The notes beneath the pieces were generated by a model, which was given only the letters and a program-made list of their open reading frames with translations, did no database searches and was not told the origin of the DNA. The translations under genes and the position numbers were made by a program. Below, one piece after another: positions 41,040-55,139 of a stretch of DNA of 64,000 bases (position 1 is its first letter; every line of letters begins with the position of its first letter). Source of the DNA: Octopus vulgaris (taxonomy: Eukaryota); the NCBI GenBank assembly GCA_951406725.2, contig OX597814.1, positions 195,796,001 through 195,860,000 on the forward strand, read 5' to 3'.

Positions 41040-42115
41040 TACCTTGGAAGAAAGACTTCCAAGATTAGGGCAGAAGGAATCCCGTCAGATATAGATGTGG
41101 CTTAGGTTTGCGGCAGCGGTACTCCTCGGAATTAAGGAGGAGGTGGCCGTCATCCAGACCACAGAAATAGAAAGAACAGAATGGAAAGGCAAGACGCTAG
41201 ACCTAATAGTTCAAGCGGAAGTGTAAACACTGAAGTACTTGTAGAAACGGTGTCGATCGGAGAGACGATTATAAGAGTGTGAGTGAAGGGGAGAGTCCCA
41301 CGTATTTTAAATGTGGCCAGAAGGGCCACAGCAAGGCACACTGTACCTCACAGAAAACAACAGATAAAGAGGAAAAGGAACCAGAAAAAACATTGGAGGA
41401 AGCGTAGAGAAAGGAGGATGTATGCACAGTAGCTGGGAAAAAGAGAAAGAAACGACAGACCGAGATGGAACCCCAAACTGTCCACACCGCACCCACACCC
41501 GGTCAGTCCTACTCTCTACCCGCAGACACCAAACCCACCCATTCCCCTCCTTTGCAAAACAAAAAGAAAAGACAAAGCCAACAGACATCACAAGATTTAC
41601 AAAGAACCCCTCCCCGTGAGAATTATTCTGTTTGTTTGTTGACAGAGAAAGCAGAAGTGGATTTGCTTTGTGAAGTTAGGAGGTAGAAAACGGCGAAATT
41701 TGTGAACATGGAGGGATGCATAAACATTGTAGGCTTGCAATTGTGTGTACTGGTGACTCAAAGCCAAAAGGATGTGTTATCCAAATATAAAAAAGGAGTT
41801 AAATATTGGAGACTGTTCGCGGACTTAAAAAAAGTTACCGGATAAATGCAAGGTATAAAGACCTAATACAGGAACATGGAGTCGATATATTAAGGGACAC
41901 ACCTTGTAAATGGTAAAAGGAAGAAATGTGGCTGTTTGGTGGGGTAAGTAGTCCATTTTTATATTCATTTCATTGTTATCATGCATGTGCATCATACGTT
42001 TTTAATATTTATATTTATATTTATTTATTTGTCTGTGTTATTTTTTTGTATGTCCGCACATGTGTTGTACTAATATCTGTGTATACCCTTTATGACAAAT
42101 AAAGAAACAAGAAAT
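41040..42115 (+). pseudogene. Degraded L1/Tx1-like ORF1 (CCHC zinc knuckle) followed by a 3' UTR-like tail
   Basis: VKGRV/PTYFKCGQKGHSKAHC at ~41283-41344 (frameshifted, first Cys mutated), then K/E/P-rich sequence; ends AAATAAAGAAACAAGAAA. Confidence 0.55.
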
Positions 42116-42119
42116 ATGA

Positions 42120-42495
42120 GCACGTCGGGCGAAATGCTTAGCGGTAGTTCATCGGTCGCTACGCTCTGAGTTCAAATTCCGCCGAGGGCGACTTTGCCTT
42201 TCATCCTTTCGGGGTTCAATAAATTAAGTACCAGTCACGCCCTGGGGTAGATATAATCGACTTAATCCGTTTGTCTGTCCTTGTTTCTCCCCTCTATGTG
42301 TAGCCCTTTGAGGGCAGTAAAGAAATAGGTAGTTCGTCTGTCTTTATGTTCTGAGTTCAAATTCCACCGAGGTCAACTTTGCTTTTCATCCTCTCGGGGT
42401 CGATAAATTAAGTACCAATTGCGTATTAGTGTCGCTCTAATCGACTGGCCCCTTCTCCAAAATTTCGAGCCTCATACCTAGAGTAGAAAAGAATA
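42120..42495 (+). mobile_element. SINE A dimer (long-tail unit then short-tail unit)
   Basis: Junction AAAGAAATA|GGTAGTTCGTCTG at ~42328. Confidence 0.85.
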
Positions 42496-43017
42496 CTTTC
42501 TATCGCTATTCAGTACAATAACGACCACACACTCACACACACGCACAAAGAAATGAAAGCACCAAGTACATGTATAAATAGTTCCGTTGGAAGAGGCTTA
42601 AGAAGCTTCTTCATTCATTTCTTATAATTGATCCCAAGCATGTGTGAGATCAGGAAGAAGTTTGACAAAACTTTATTACTTTCATTTTTGTGTCCGTTGG
42701 ATTACTTTGAGTGTGCAACGAAGTACTTTCACACACACACAAAAAGAAAATCTACTCCAGTACAAATATAGGAGTTGTATACGAGTGTCTAGCCAGTTAA
42801 AAGTAGAATATCATTGAAACCAACTGTATTCACTGACTCAGTTCGTATCACTTCTCTGCTATCTTCTCACACCCACATTACGTACATTTCTAATGAAGTA
42901 TCTGTTTCTTTAGCTTTGTGCACTGTCAGGAAATCTGAATGCAAAACGGAACGAAGAAAAAAATTATGCGACTTGTTTTAGCTCATGGAGGACATATTAT
43001 CACAGATACACAGAGAG

Positions 43018-43069
<52 letters not shown>

Positions 43070-43949
43070 CCCTCTAATAAACAAACATATTCAGGTGCAT
43101 TATATTGAACAGAATAATTAGTTATTGTGTTTTTATTTATTTTTACAAGACTAAAAGACTCCTGTTGAAGTTAAACTTCAATTATAAGCTCTCTAACGTA
43201 TTCTTATCTTTGATAGCTGGCAATCATTGCTAGTACCGTTGGAAAAAAATAAAAAATAAAAGCCCAGCGAAACTAGATTACTCTAATTTCAGAAACTAAT
43301 TTTTATTAGAAATAAAGGCGAGAGCAGACCCTCTGTCGCGACTGTTTCACGATTCATTGACGTAGTATGTAGCTAAAGATCTTGTCTGTCGAAATTAGCT
43401 TTTCCTTTCTCTTTGGAAATTAAATCACAAAGTTACTCGAAGAACAATTTCAAATAGTGAACAGGTTGCCGAAAAAATATATATCTAAAAAAGGAAAAGA
43501 ACACACCACAAAAAACACACCAAAAACAAATATAAGCATGAATGTACATGAGCTAAAAAAAAATAGCATCTATGTTCAACCAAAATTTTATATTTTTCTG
43601 TTTTTTTGCATAAATTTAACAGAATTCAAAAAGTAGAAATTTTCAAGTTATATTCGCGTTAGTTTAAAAGTGAATTAAAAATATTATAATCTACACCATG
43701 TACCCAAAATAAATGATATTTATTCGTTGCATTTTAACAAACTTAAGTCGGTTACTACAAGGTGAAGATGCGTAAATGGTAGCTGATACATTAAATACTC
43801 CTGGTAAGGTTTACAGTTTAATGGAAAGTCAAAATTGTTAGAATAATGTAATAAAATATTTCCATCGATTTCAGAGTGCTCTTCATGAATCGGGCGACGG
43901 TATTCCTTGAATCCTTGTTTCAATCATTGAAGTGTGGCGATCCTTTGTG

Positions 43950-44328
43950 GGTACTACTAGCGAACAGTGGTCCCGGTGCGCGCACTCGCGCACTCGAGCA
44001 TCCGCGCTAGCTAGTCGTAAGTAGTCGATCCTACAACGACTTTTTAACCCTAACCCTAAACCTACACCTAAACCTAATTTTTTAACCCTGACCCTAAACC
44101 TAACCCTAACCCTAACCTTAGTTTGTTTATAAAAATAATTTATTTACTTAGTTTAAAAAATTATTTACTTTGCGTTTTATTTACTTTGTTCGAAAAATAT
44201 TATTTAATTTTCTTTGATATGTATTCAGCCTTGAAATACAAACATACGCGCAAGTCGTTGTAGGATCGACTACTTACGACTAGCTAGCACGAATGCGCGC
44301 ACCGGGACCACTGTTCGCTAGTAGTACC
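43950..44328. mobile_element. MITE with long TIRs, 9-bp TSD and internal (CCCTAA)-like repeats
   Basis: GGTACTACTAGCGAACAGTGGTCCCGGTGCGCGCA and TGCGCGCACCGGGACCACTGTTCGCTAGTAGTACC; TSD TCCTTTGTG at 43941-43949 and 44329-44337; inserted in a SINE B tail. Confidence 0.92.
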
Positions 44329-44706
44329 TCCTTTGTGACCGTCTTGAAGAGCTTAGTCGAAAAAAATTGACCCTAGTACATTTTGATTTGAAGTTTGTTA
44401 TTTATTCTAGCACGCTCTTTTGCTTTATGGGGACGTATAAAAAAACGCACGACGACTGTCAAGAAATGTGGGGAAAAACACAAAGACATACACACACACA
44501 TACACACAGCTCTTCCGCACAGAAACTGTGTGGAAGACCGGTGTGTGTGTGTGCATACATACACAACGCTTTGGTCGGCCCGGGCTATAGAAGACACGTA
44601 ACCAAGGTGCCGCAGAGTGGGACTAAACTCGATACCACTTGGCCATGAAACGAACTTCTTAGTCAAAGAACTATATCTATATGTTTAGAGTAAGAGCATT
44701 TTATAT

Positions 44707-45124
44707 ATTTCTTTATTGCCCACAAAGGGGCTAAATATAGAGGGGACAAACAAGGACAGACAAAGGGATTAAGTCGATTACATCGACCCCAGTGCGAAAC
44801 TGATACTTAATTTATCGACCCCCAAAAGGATGACAGGCAAAGTCGACCTCGGTGCAATTTGAACTCAGAACGTAACAGCAGACGAAATACGTATTTCTTT
44901 ATTGCCTACAAGGGGATAAACACAGAGGGGACAAACAAGGACAGACAAACGGATTAAGTCGATTACATCGACCCCAGTGCGAAACTGGTACTTTGTTTAT
45001 CGACCCCAAAAGGAAAAAAGGCAAAGTCGACCTCGGCGGAATTTCAACTCAGAACGTAACGGCAGACGAAATACTGCTACACATTTCGCCCGGCGTGCTA
45101 ACGTTTCTGCCAGCTCGCCGCCTT
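44707..45124 (-). mobile_element. SINE A dimer
   Basis: Two units with junction GACGAAATACGTATTTC; both share the CAGTGCGAAACTG variant. Confidence 0.9.
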
Positions 45125-45754
45125 ATAAGGGCATTTTAAACTGTAAAAATGCTTATGTTTTGAATACAGGCTCAGCCTTAGTTTGTGAGCCAAGGATCTG
45201 CGAAAAGAATATTTAAGACAGAGAACAGAAGCCACATTACATTACACCACGCAACAGCCTCAGTTCAATTATCGCCAGGATATATTTTGTTTTGTCAGAC
45301 ATCGTTAAAATAAATAGCAGTAAGTTCTAAAAAATTATATTACTAATTTGAAGAAATATTCAGGATAGTTGATATGTTAAATATTCTAAAAAGTTCACAG
45401 GTTAATAGGAAGTAATTAAGAAACTTTAAGAATTAATATGGTATCATAAAATTATATAAATCATAAAAATATAATAAATATTTAAATACACATAAATTTA
45501 TATAGTTAAAGTGCTTATAATTTATAATTCAGCTGAAAGTAAAATTTCTGATATGAATTTATTTTTGCATATATTCCAAAGTGTTGATAATTGAGTTTGA
45601 TATATTTAGTGCAAAATTATTAATAATGTATTATGGCAGTGTTAATGTATTAGCTTAATCATATGTGAATTTACATTAACTCGTTTGTTTTTTCGCCCAG
45701 ATTAATTAGTCTTTCTCACCCTCTCTCTCTCTCTCTCTCTCTGTCAGTCACTCT

Positions 45755-45832
<78 letters not shown>

Positions 45833-46469
45833 GCATATCTATCTAGCTAGCTGTAAGATAAATCTCTCGGATGCTCTAGGATAAAACATCAGTGATGCTT
45901 CTGATATCTTAGGGATTTTCGGATCTTTCAGCATCAGAACCCCCCACCTCATAGACACACTCACATCCATATACACACACATAATACACGCACGCAAACA
46001 CATATATACAAATACATACATACATATATATATATATACAAATATATACATACATATATATATACATATATATATATATATACACATATAAATACACACA
46101 TATATACACATATATACATATATATATATACACATATATACATATATATACATATATATATACACATATATACATATATATACATATATACATACATATA
46201 TATACATATACATATACATACGTATAAATATATATCAATATATACATATATATATACACATATATGTATATACATATATATTTATATATACATATATATT
46301 TATATACTTACATATATATATATACATATATACATACAGATATACGTACATATATACATATACATACACACACACACACGCACACACACACACACATATA
46401 TATATACGCATGCAGACAGACACATATTATTAGATTGGCTCAGAAGGAAGAGCTCTTTCCATGCTCTTC

Positions 46470-47892
46470 ACGAGCTTTCTACCGACGGTTGGTTTGAAGA
46501 TTAAAGTTCTTGAATATTTGAAGAATTGCAATTCGAGATGGTTGCAAGAAGAAAAAAAACACGTGCAATGCAAGAACTTCCAGTGTGTCAATGTTGTAAG
46601 GGAAGAAGAATTAGACGTTGGGTATGTGCAGGGTATCGGGGTATCAAGGTAACATAAATACAGGGAACGAGAAAAGGAAAGACGAGTGTGCTGGTGACAC
46701 CTAAGGAGAAGTGGTGCGAGAATCAGATGCTACTGCGGTAACGATGAAAAAATGTAGATATCTGAAGGAGCTGGTTTGTCGGTCACAGACTGGAGTATAT
46801 CATCGAACGACTTAATGGTAATTGGACGACTGAAGGCGGGCGAGCTGGCAGAACCGTTAGCACGCCGGGCGAAATGCGTAGCTGTATTTCGTCTGCCGTT
46901 ACGTTCTGAGTTCAAATTCCGCCGAGGTCGACTTTGCCTTTCATCCTTTCGGGGTCGATAAATTAAGTACCAGTTACGCACTGGGTCCCCTCTTTGTTTT
47001 GGCCCTTGTGCGTAGTAAAGAAATAGGTAATTGGACGAGTGGCCTTCGACGCAGTCATTATTATATAAAGATATAAGGCGCTCAGTTGGCAGAACCGTTA
47101 GCAAACCGGCCAAAATATTTAGTGGCATTTCGTCCACCCTTACGTTCTAAGTTCAAATTGCGCCGAGGTCGACTTTGCTTTTCATCCTTTCAGGATCGAG
47201 AAAATGAGTACCAGTTACACACTGGAGTCGATGTAATCGACTAACACACTCCACCAAAATTTCAGGCCTTGTGTCTATAGTAGAAAAGATTATTATGCTA
47301 ACGTATAAGGCGGCGAGCTGTCAGAATCGTTAATACGCCAGGCAAAAGGCTTAGTAGCATCTGGTCCGGCTTTATGCTTTGAAGTCATCTTTGCCTTTTA
47401 TTCATTTGGGGTCAATAAAATAAGCACTAATCGATGTAATTAATTTATTCCTTACCCCCAAATGGCTAGCCTTGTGCTAAAATTTAAAACCATTATTATG
47501 CTAAGTGATGTGTTCAACATGAGGGATACCCTGTGAAGTAAAGCATTTGGAGAGATAGGGAGGTTTGTTTCTTTTTGTTTTCCATATTTGGGAGATGCGA
47601 GATGCAATATCTTTTTTATATGTTACTGTTGAAGGAGACAAGATTGGCACCATTAAAATTTGTTTCATAAGTGTCTGTTTATTGAGCCAGTGCAAATTTA
47701 GTGTGGGGCTGCATTACACACGAATAACATTTGGATATAGAACATTAGGGAATTCAATGATGGTATGTTCTACATAGTAGTAGTAGGTATTCTTATTGTG
47801 GAAGAAACGGCAATTAGGTGATATGTTGACGAGGAAGTTTTGCGCGAAGAGACCGAGCTATAGTGTACACCATGATTTATGGAGATTAGGTC

Positions 47893-47940
<48 letters not shown>

Positions 47941-48880
47941 CCTATTTCTTTACTACCCACGAGGGGCTAAACACAGAGAGGACAAACAAGGACAGACAAA
48001 CGGATTAAGTCGATTAGATCGACCCCAGTGCGTAACTGGTACTTATTTAATCGACTCCGAAAGGATGAAAGGCAAAGTCGACCTCGGCGGAATTTGAATT
48101 CAGAACGTAGCGGCAGACGAAATACTGCTAAGCATTTCGCCCGGCGTGCTAACGTTTCTGCCAGCTCACCACGCTGCGTTTGTGAGATCTGTCAGAGAGC
48201 CATGCAAGGGATGGGAAGCGGACGGAGCCGAAAACAAGCATACTACTGTTAGCTGTGGACAAAAGCTTTACTAACATCGGAGGCGCCAACATTGTTTTTA
48301 GTAAATATTTCGAGGATCAATACCTACATATATGTGGCATAGAAAATTAGTTCTTCATAAGCCATACTAGTAACCATTAAATAAGAAAAGAGACGATTTA
48401 AGATTTTCCAATGCTGCAAGTGGCTGTCTCCATTACCTTCGAGAAATTGGAAGTGAGTGCGATAGGACAGTAGTTATTAGGATCAGAGAAATGGCTCTTC
48501 CTGGGAGTGGAACACATTGTAGTGCGTTCAAAAGATCGGTATTTATTAGTGAAGAGGATTAAACAGAGTGAGAGAGAGAGTCTGTGTGTATATGTGTAAG
48601 AGAGAGAGACAAAGGGAGATATAGAGAGGAAAAGATTTGAAGAGTTCGGTGTGAAAGGTCTGGGACGAAGTGATTGACGGCAATGGACAGGAAATGAGCA
48701 GGGCCAGTGACCTTATTAGTTTAAAGCGAAAGGAGGTGCATTCTCACCTGGTCCGTGGGTATTCATGCTCGTCATCCCGCTACTTCTACTTTGCAATGAA
48801 GAATGAAAAGAAGACATGATATATTAACAAGGACAATATGAACAACATGACGTAATACAAATGTTATATCCACTCTTGCA
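46470..48880 (-). pseudogene. Fragmented CR1/L2/Jockey-group LINE ORF2 (RT), interrupted by four SINE A copies
   Basis: Reverse frames give SDPNNYCPIALTSNFSKVME (~48430-48490), ASDVSKAF (~48260-48285), GVHYSSV resembling GVPQGSV (~47850-47872) and a C-terminal WKFL...LQFFK, all in the expected order. Confidence 0.75.
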
Positions 48881-48903
48881 TTGCTTTCGGTACAACACTC
48901 GCG

Positions 48904-48968
<65 letters not shown>

Positions 48969-49083
48969 AAATAACTATTATAAAATCAATAAAGAACGAA
49001 AGTATCACTTAATACAAAACATTGTAAATATGTCATTGGTCTAAGTGCTTGTAAGTACATAAATATATATGTGTGTGTATATG

Positions 49084-49142
<59 letters not shown>

Positions 49143-49173
49143 ATATATAAATATATATATATATGCATATATT

Positions 49174-49218
<45 letters not shown>

Positions 49219-49239
49219 TATATATGCATATATTTGTAC

Positions 49240-49280
<41 letters not shown>

Positions 49281-50100
49281 CATATACATACATATATGCA
49301 TATTTATGCTTATACATATAAGCATATATATATACACACATACATATATATATTCACATATATATACACATGCATATATTTATATATATATATACACACA
49401 CACACATATATATATGTATGTACGTACGTACGTATGTATGTATGTATGTATGTATGTATGCATTTATGTGTATTCCAGAGGTCTGGGAATTGGAGAATTT
49501 CTCGTAAATATTTCTGGTCTAACATCAACCATTTGAGTTATATTACACAATAGTCGTTGACCTTATTCGGTTATTTCATTAAAAGTTGATGAAATATATT
49601 TCAGATGTATATTTCATTGGCCATCAAATAGTTTATGAAGCGATGTTTGCAGTTTGTCAGAGATAGCAGCTACATCGTAGAATATAAACCAAAATATAAT
49701 GATGATAAAAATAAAGAAACAACAAACGGAATCTGTTTGCTATTAATCAGATGTGGATGTTAGTTTAGGTGTGTAGGTAAGTATTGCCTTCTTCATCACC
49801 AGATTACGGGATCGATCTCCACGGCAATATTGTAGGTTGTTAGGTGGTGCTCCAGCATGGTTGCGATCAAATGACTGAAACATGTAAAAGAATATATATA
49901 TAATATATATATTCTTTTATTCTTTTACTTGTTTCAGTCATTTGACTGGCCATGCTGGAGCACCGACCTTAGTCGAGCGAATTGGCCACACGACTTATAC
50001 TTTGTAAACCTAGTACTTATTCTATCGGTCTCTTTTGCCGAACTGGTAGATTACGGGGACGTTAACATACCAGATTCGGTTGTCAAGCGATGGTGAAGGG

Positions 50101-50161
<61 letters not shown>

Positions 50162-50263
50162 TACACACACAATGAAAATACAGTCACGGGGGTTAGCCGG
50201 AATTAATAACCGGTATATGCGACTACACTACCCATTTGGATTCTGTATCCCTACCAACCAAAA

Positions 50264-50338
<75 letters not shown>

Positions 50339-50411
50339 ATATATATATATATATATTTATCTTATATATATATATATATATTTATCTATATATATATATA
50401 TATATATTTAT

Positions 50412-50456
<45 letters not shown>

Positions 50457-50460
<4 letters not shown>

Positions 50461-51611
50461 CAGCATAGCCCGGCGTTGCCCGGGTATGTAAGAGACGCTA
50501 GTAGGCAACGACTAATCCCAATCTAGTAGTCCTTTCCCTCTAGGGAACGAAGGCGCATGTGTAGGTTGCAATGTCTTCTCTTCACTCCCAAATAACTATC
50601 ACACAGCTATCGATAATTCAACCCAACCAATTCCTACCAGGAAGAAATTACATTCGAGACTTTATCCCCAACACCGCCACTTCTGCTAATAGCTGCTGCA
50701 GCCGCAAGTTATTCGAATACTTTTTTTGTTTAAACTTTCTTTATAACTGCCACCCCAAACGTTTTACCCTAAATTTTTGACGTATCCTAAGGGTCCTCGG
50801 ACGCTACTTGCAAACTCTTGGTTTATTATAAACCGCTTTTGTCGTGTGCACCAAAAAACCTTTTCCATTCGTTTGTTCAGTTTGGTCACTTTTGACTTTT
50901 TCGTTGTTGTCACTCACATTGCTGTCCGCTTTTTTGCCGTTTTTGTACATTTTTATACATTTTGGGATACTTACCCAACGTGTTCCGAGAGTTAAAAAGG
51001 TCGAGTTGCACCCCCTAGACAGTCTGTGGTTTGTTTTTAATACACAAATCGGTTTGCTATGTGTGCAACATATGATTTAATTAAGCGATTTTTTCCAGTA
51101 ATAAAGTATCCTATTGGAATAAAAAGAGCCATATAGCTCCTTGGAGCAGACACGATGCTCGCTGTGAATTTCCAAAACAATTCCTGCCAATTTGTTAAAG
51201 ATATTGTCGAAAATATGTCATCTTGAATTTGAACGCGATTTCCCAAAATGGCATGATTTTATCGATTTTTTCTGATGGTAAGGTATTGCATGGAAACCTA
51301 ACGTCAGAATTAAGTTTCTTAGGGTAACATTAAGCTTCACCATGAGTTTGGTGAAAATCGATCGCAAGTAGCGAAAACTACAACAGAAAATGTGTTGCAT
51401 ATAAAAAGCTTAGATTCTTGACCCCATGTCGAATTTATCGATTTTTTTCAGAACTGGGGGAACCTTTCAAAATTTTCGCTGCGTCAGTTTTGAATTATGA
51501 CATTGGGCTATGTGTGTGTCAAGTTTCATCAGAATCGGTTGAAAGCCGTGGTCAGGGTGAGGGTACAACCTGACAGACACACAGACAAACTGCCGTTTAT
51601 ATATAGAAAGA
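50457..51611 (-). mobile_element. Non-autonomous Helitron (~1.15 kb)
   Basis: Revcomp starts TCTTTCTATATATAAACGGCAG and ends CCCGGGCAACGCCGGG-CTATGCTG-CTA; same 3' hairpin as the 16587 and 39774 copies. Confidence 0.8.
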
Positions 51612-51613
51612 TA

Positions 51614-51900
51614 TACTCGTCTGATCAATAAGCATCCGGACTGTTGCCTTAGTAACGAAGCGAAAGCACGCAGAGTAAAGCTACTTAGCACAGATTGGCT
51701 GTGAACCCTGTTATGCATGTGCGCTACATTTTAACATTGTAGCTCACTTCTGCTATTTACAGCTGTGTTTCGAAGGAAGCTGTGTAGCATGTGATTGTAG
51801 CATTGACCATGATAATGTTGAGCTTAAGAATCTGCATCAAATTTTGCCAAAATCTCGGCGATACCTGCTCAGAGGCCTACGTAAAGTTTTCAAAAAGTTT
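51614..51900 (+). mobile_element. Mariner 5' end with transposase N-terminal remnant
   Basis: TIR-like TACTCGTCTGATCAATAAGCATCCGGACT; LRICIKFCQNLGDTCSEAYVKF resembles the mariner N-terminal HTH motif (QRxxIKFCxxLG). Confidence 0.75.
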
Positions 51901-52021
51901 TCATCATTCTTCACACAATCAAGGAAAGCATGTGCAACTGAAACCCGAATGTCTCACTGGTCAACTGAAAGCAGTTTTGGCACAAACTTGGCTGTGTAGA
52001 TTTTAGAACATTTATAGATAG

Positions 52022-52069
52022 GTCTTACAGCTGTTTCCAGGATATTTATTATATCCCTTCATCGGAGGC
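52022..52069 (-). ncRNA. Hammerhead motif, U4C core
   Basis: Revcomp GCCT-CCGATGA-A-GGGATAT(AATAA)ATATCCT-G-GAAAC-AGCT-GTA-AGAC; palindromic ACAGCTGT; stem I has one mismatch. Confidence 0.6.
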
Positions 52070-52964
52070 GGTGTGAGAAAATGGTTAAGTAATAGTTAGT
52101 TTAGATAGGATACAAAATAGAGAGTGAGGTGGAGGAAAGAAAATAGATGTGAGATATGTAGGGATAATGTAGACACATTTTTATATATTCAAGATGAAAA
52201 TTTAAAAAGAAGCTATGTCTGGCCATGAAATAAATATTTTCTCGGACTAACAATTATGGATTATATATATAAATATATATATTTGTCATGATGAGAAATA
52301 ATTATTATCAATACTTTGATTCCAAGTTTTATAAACAAAATAGCAAAATGGTATTTTCGCCTAATTTTGCATATTGCGATATTTAGTAAACGGATGTCAG
52401 TTACTTGAATGACATTGTTGGATGATAAATTTTTACTGCAAAAACAAGAATTTATTTGTCTACGTCCATTAATTCCAACGACATTAACCTGTCAATGATA
52501 TATTTATGAGATCATAAATATTTTGCAAAATGGTTGTATCGGAATGATTTTTATTAATTTGTTTAATATCTTCGACTTATTTTCTTATGTATTCTTTAGT
52601 TAGAGATATATTTGAGCTTAATAGCATCTGGTCGATTCTATATATTTAATCTACATTTAGTCTGATTTGATTAAAATAGTTATTAAAATCTCATTTTTCA
52701 CACAGATATTAACATTTCTATCTTTTATATCTTGTAATTTGATTGCAAATGAATCGACATCCATGACATTTACTGCAGATACGGTGGAAAGACTGAAGGC
52801 AATCATTATTTCATTCATCAGTAATATACACGTATTAACAACAATTTCGTATATGTGAGTTTATAGAGTTTCAGATGCTCTGAAAATGGAATGAGAAATA
52901 CGCACTAATGTCTTCCCGATAAAAAAAAATCAAAGAAATAAAATCAACAAGAATTTTAACGAGA

Positions 52965-53600
52965 AGCAGGAGTGACTGTACTATAAGAAGTTTGCTTTCT
53001 AACCGCATATTTCCGGGTTCAGTCTCACTGCGTGACAACTCGGAAAAGAGTCTTGTGATATATAGCCATGCGTCAACCGAAGCCTTCTGAGTGGATTTGA
53101 TGGACAGAAACTCAAAGAATCCTGTCCTATATTTGTATATATCTATATGGGGCTTTGTGATTGCCCTCGCTACTACCTAACAACCAGTGTTGGTGTGTTT
53201 ACTTCCCCGTAACTTAGCGATCCGGCAAGAGAGGCTAATAGAGTAAATACCTATTTCTTTACTACCCACCAGGGGTTAAACACAGAGAGGACAAACAAGG
53301 ACAGACAAAGGGATTAAGTCGATTATATCGACCCCAGTGCGTAACTGGTACTTATTTAATCGACCTCGAAAGGATGAAAGGCTAAGTCGATCTCGGCGGA
53401 ATTTGAACTCAGAACGTAACGGCAGACGAAATACTGCTAAGCATTTTGCCCGGCGTGCTAACGTCTCTGCCAGCTCGCCACCTAAATAGAATAAATACCA
53501 TGCTTATTAAAATAGTATTGAGGTCGATTCGTTCGGCTAAATTTCCTCAAGGCGCTGCGACAGCATGGCCGCGGTCTAAGGACTGAAACAAGTAAAAGAT
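52965..53600 (+). mobile_element. SINE B containing an antisense SINE A (53252-53483)
   Basis: TSD AATAGA(G/A)TAAATACC flanks the SINE A. Confidence 0.85.
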
Positions 53601-53654
53601 GAAATGCAAGCGTTTCCACTGAAAATAGTGTTTTCATATTCTCTTGACAATTTT

Positions 53655-54080
53655 GCTTGTTTTAGTTATATTGGCTGCGGCCACGCTGGAGCATCACCTT
53701 TATTCGAACAAATCGACCCCTGAACTTATTCTTCGTGAGCCTAGTACTCATTCTATCCGTCTCTTTTGCCGAATTGCTAGGTTACAGGGGCGTAAACACA
53801 CCAACACCGGTTGACAGGTGATGGTGGTCGGACAAATACGTACACAAATATATACATACATATATGTATATATATATATATCTATATATATATATATATG
53901 TATACATATATATGTATATACGATGAGCTTCTTTCAGTTTCCGTGTACCGAATCCACTCACAAGGCTTTGGTCAGCCCGATGCTATAGTAGAAGACACTT
54001 GCCCAAGGTGCCACACCATGTGAATGAACTCGGAACCATGTGGTTGGGAAACAAGCTTCTTACCACACAGCCCTTCCTGC
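53655..54080 (-). mobile_element. SINE B
   Basis: Colinear with 55643-56040. Confidence 0.85.
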
Positions 54081-54446
54081 GACTGAGCTATGTTAAAAAG
54101 AATTTAATCTTCATAAAATAGAGTAATAAGGTGGGAATATGTATTTCATCTACATAGACATATGTGCAGGCATAGCTGTGTGGTTAAAAAGCTCGTTTTC
54201 TTTTTTTAAACTCGTAGTTTCGGGTTCAGTCCCACTACGCAGCATTTTAAACGAGTGTTTTCCACTATACCCCCGGGTTGATCAATATCTTATGAGTGAA
54301 TTTGGTAGATGAAAAACTGAATAAGTCCATCATATATATTATAAATATATACATATTGATAGAAATGGTAAGACAACAAAAGAATGAAAGAGACCTCGAT
54401 ATTATACAAATAGAGGAATATATTTGTAAATGTAATATGTGACAAT

Positions 54447-54583
54447 TATGTATGTATGTATGTATGTATGTATGTATGTATGTATGTATGTATGTATGTA
54501 TGTATGTATGTATGTATGTATGTATGTATGTATGTATGTATGTATGTATGTATGTATGTATGTGTGTATGTATGTATGTATGT
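54447..54583. repeat. (TATG)n microsatellite
   Basis: Direct reading. Confidence 0.95.
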
Positions 54584-55139
54584 ACAAATTTCACATTTCT
54601 AAACTAACTATATGAACTATATTTGGAATACAAGGTAATATAACGGATTTTACATATGAATATTATGGATTATTGCAGAATAATAACTAAGGAAGTATAT
54701 ATGGATTTAAAGACTTTCATCAAAAGCAGTAATTTTTAATTTATATTTCAAACAAATACCATTTTATAGTTTTACTTCAAATTAAAAAAAAACAAAAAAA
54801 CTATCATTCGATATGTTATACAGAATTCAAATTTTATATCTCTGAAGAGCAGAAGCGTTGTCTATAAATGCTTTTCAATATAGGATTTCATTATAGGGAC
54901 AACTCTTCTGTGAAACGATCGTAAGATGCTTTAAATAATTAATTAAAAACTTTTAAACTGTCATATACTTTATATATTTATACTTATACATATTTACATA
55001 TATTTTTATACATATTTATATTTATTTATTTATTTATATATTTTTAAAACAACAATTGTTTTACACACGTGTATATCTTTCTGAGAAGTTTTGATATTGA
55101 TTTCCTAATATTAATAATAATATATTATTAAAAAATATA

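Noticed and set aside
44045-44118. Telomere or chromosome-fusion relic
   Set aside because: The repeats are short, degenerate and internal to a MITE with intact TIRs and TSD.
52706-52854. Possible exon (TTTTTCACACAG acceptor, GTGAGT donor, one open frame)
   Set aside because: The peptide is unrecognisable and there are no partner exons; such signals arise by chance in AT-rich DNA. RNA-seq would be needed.
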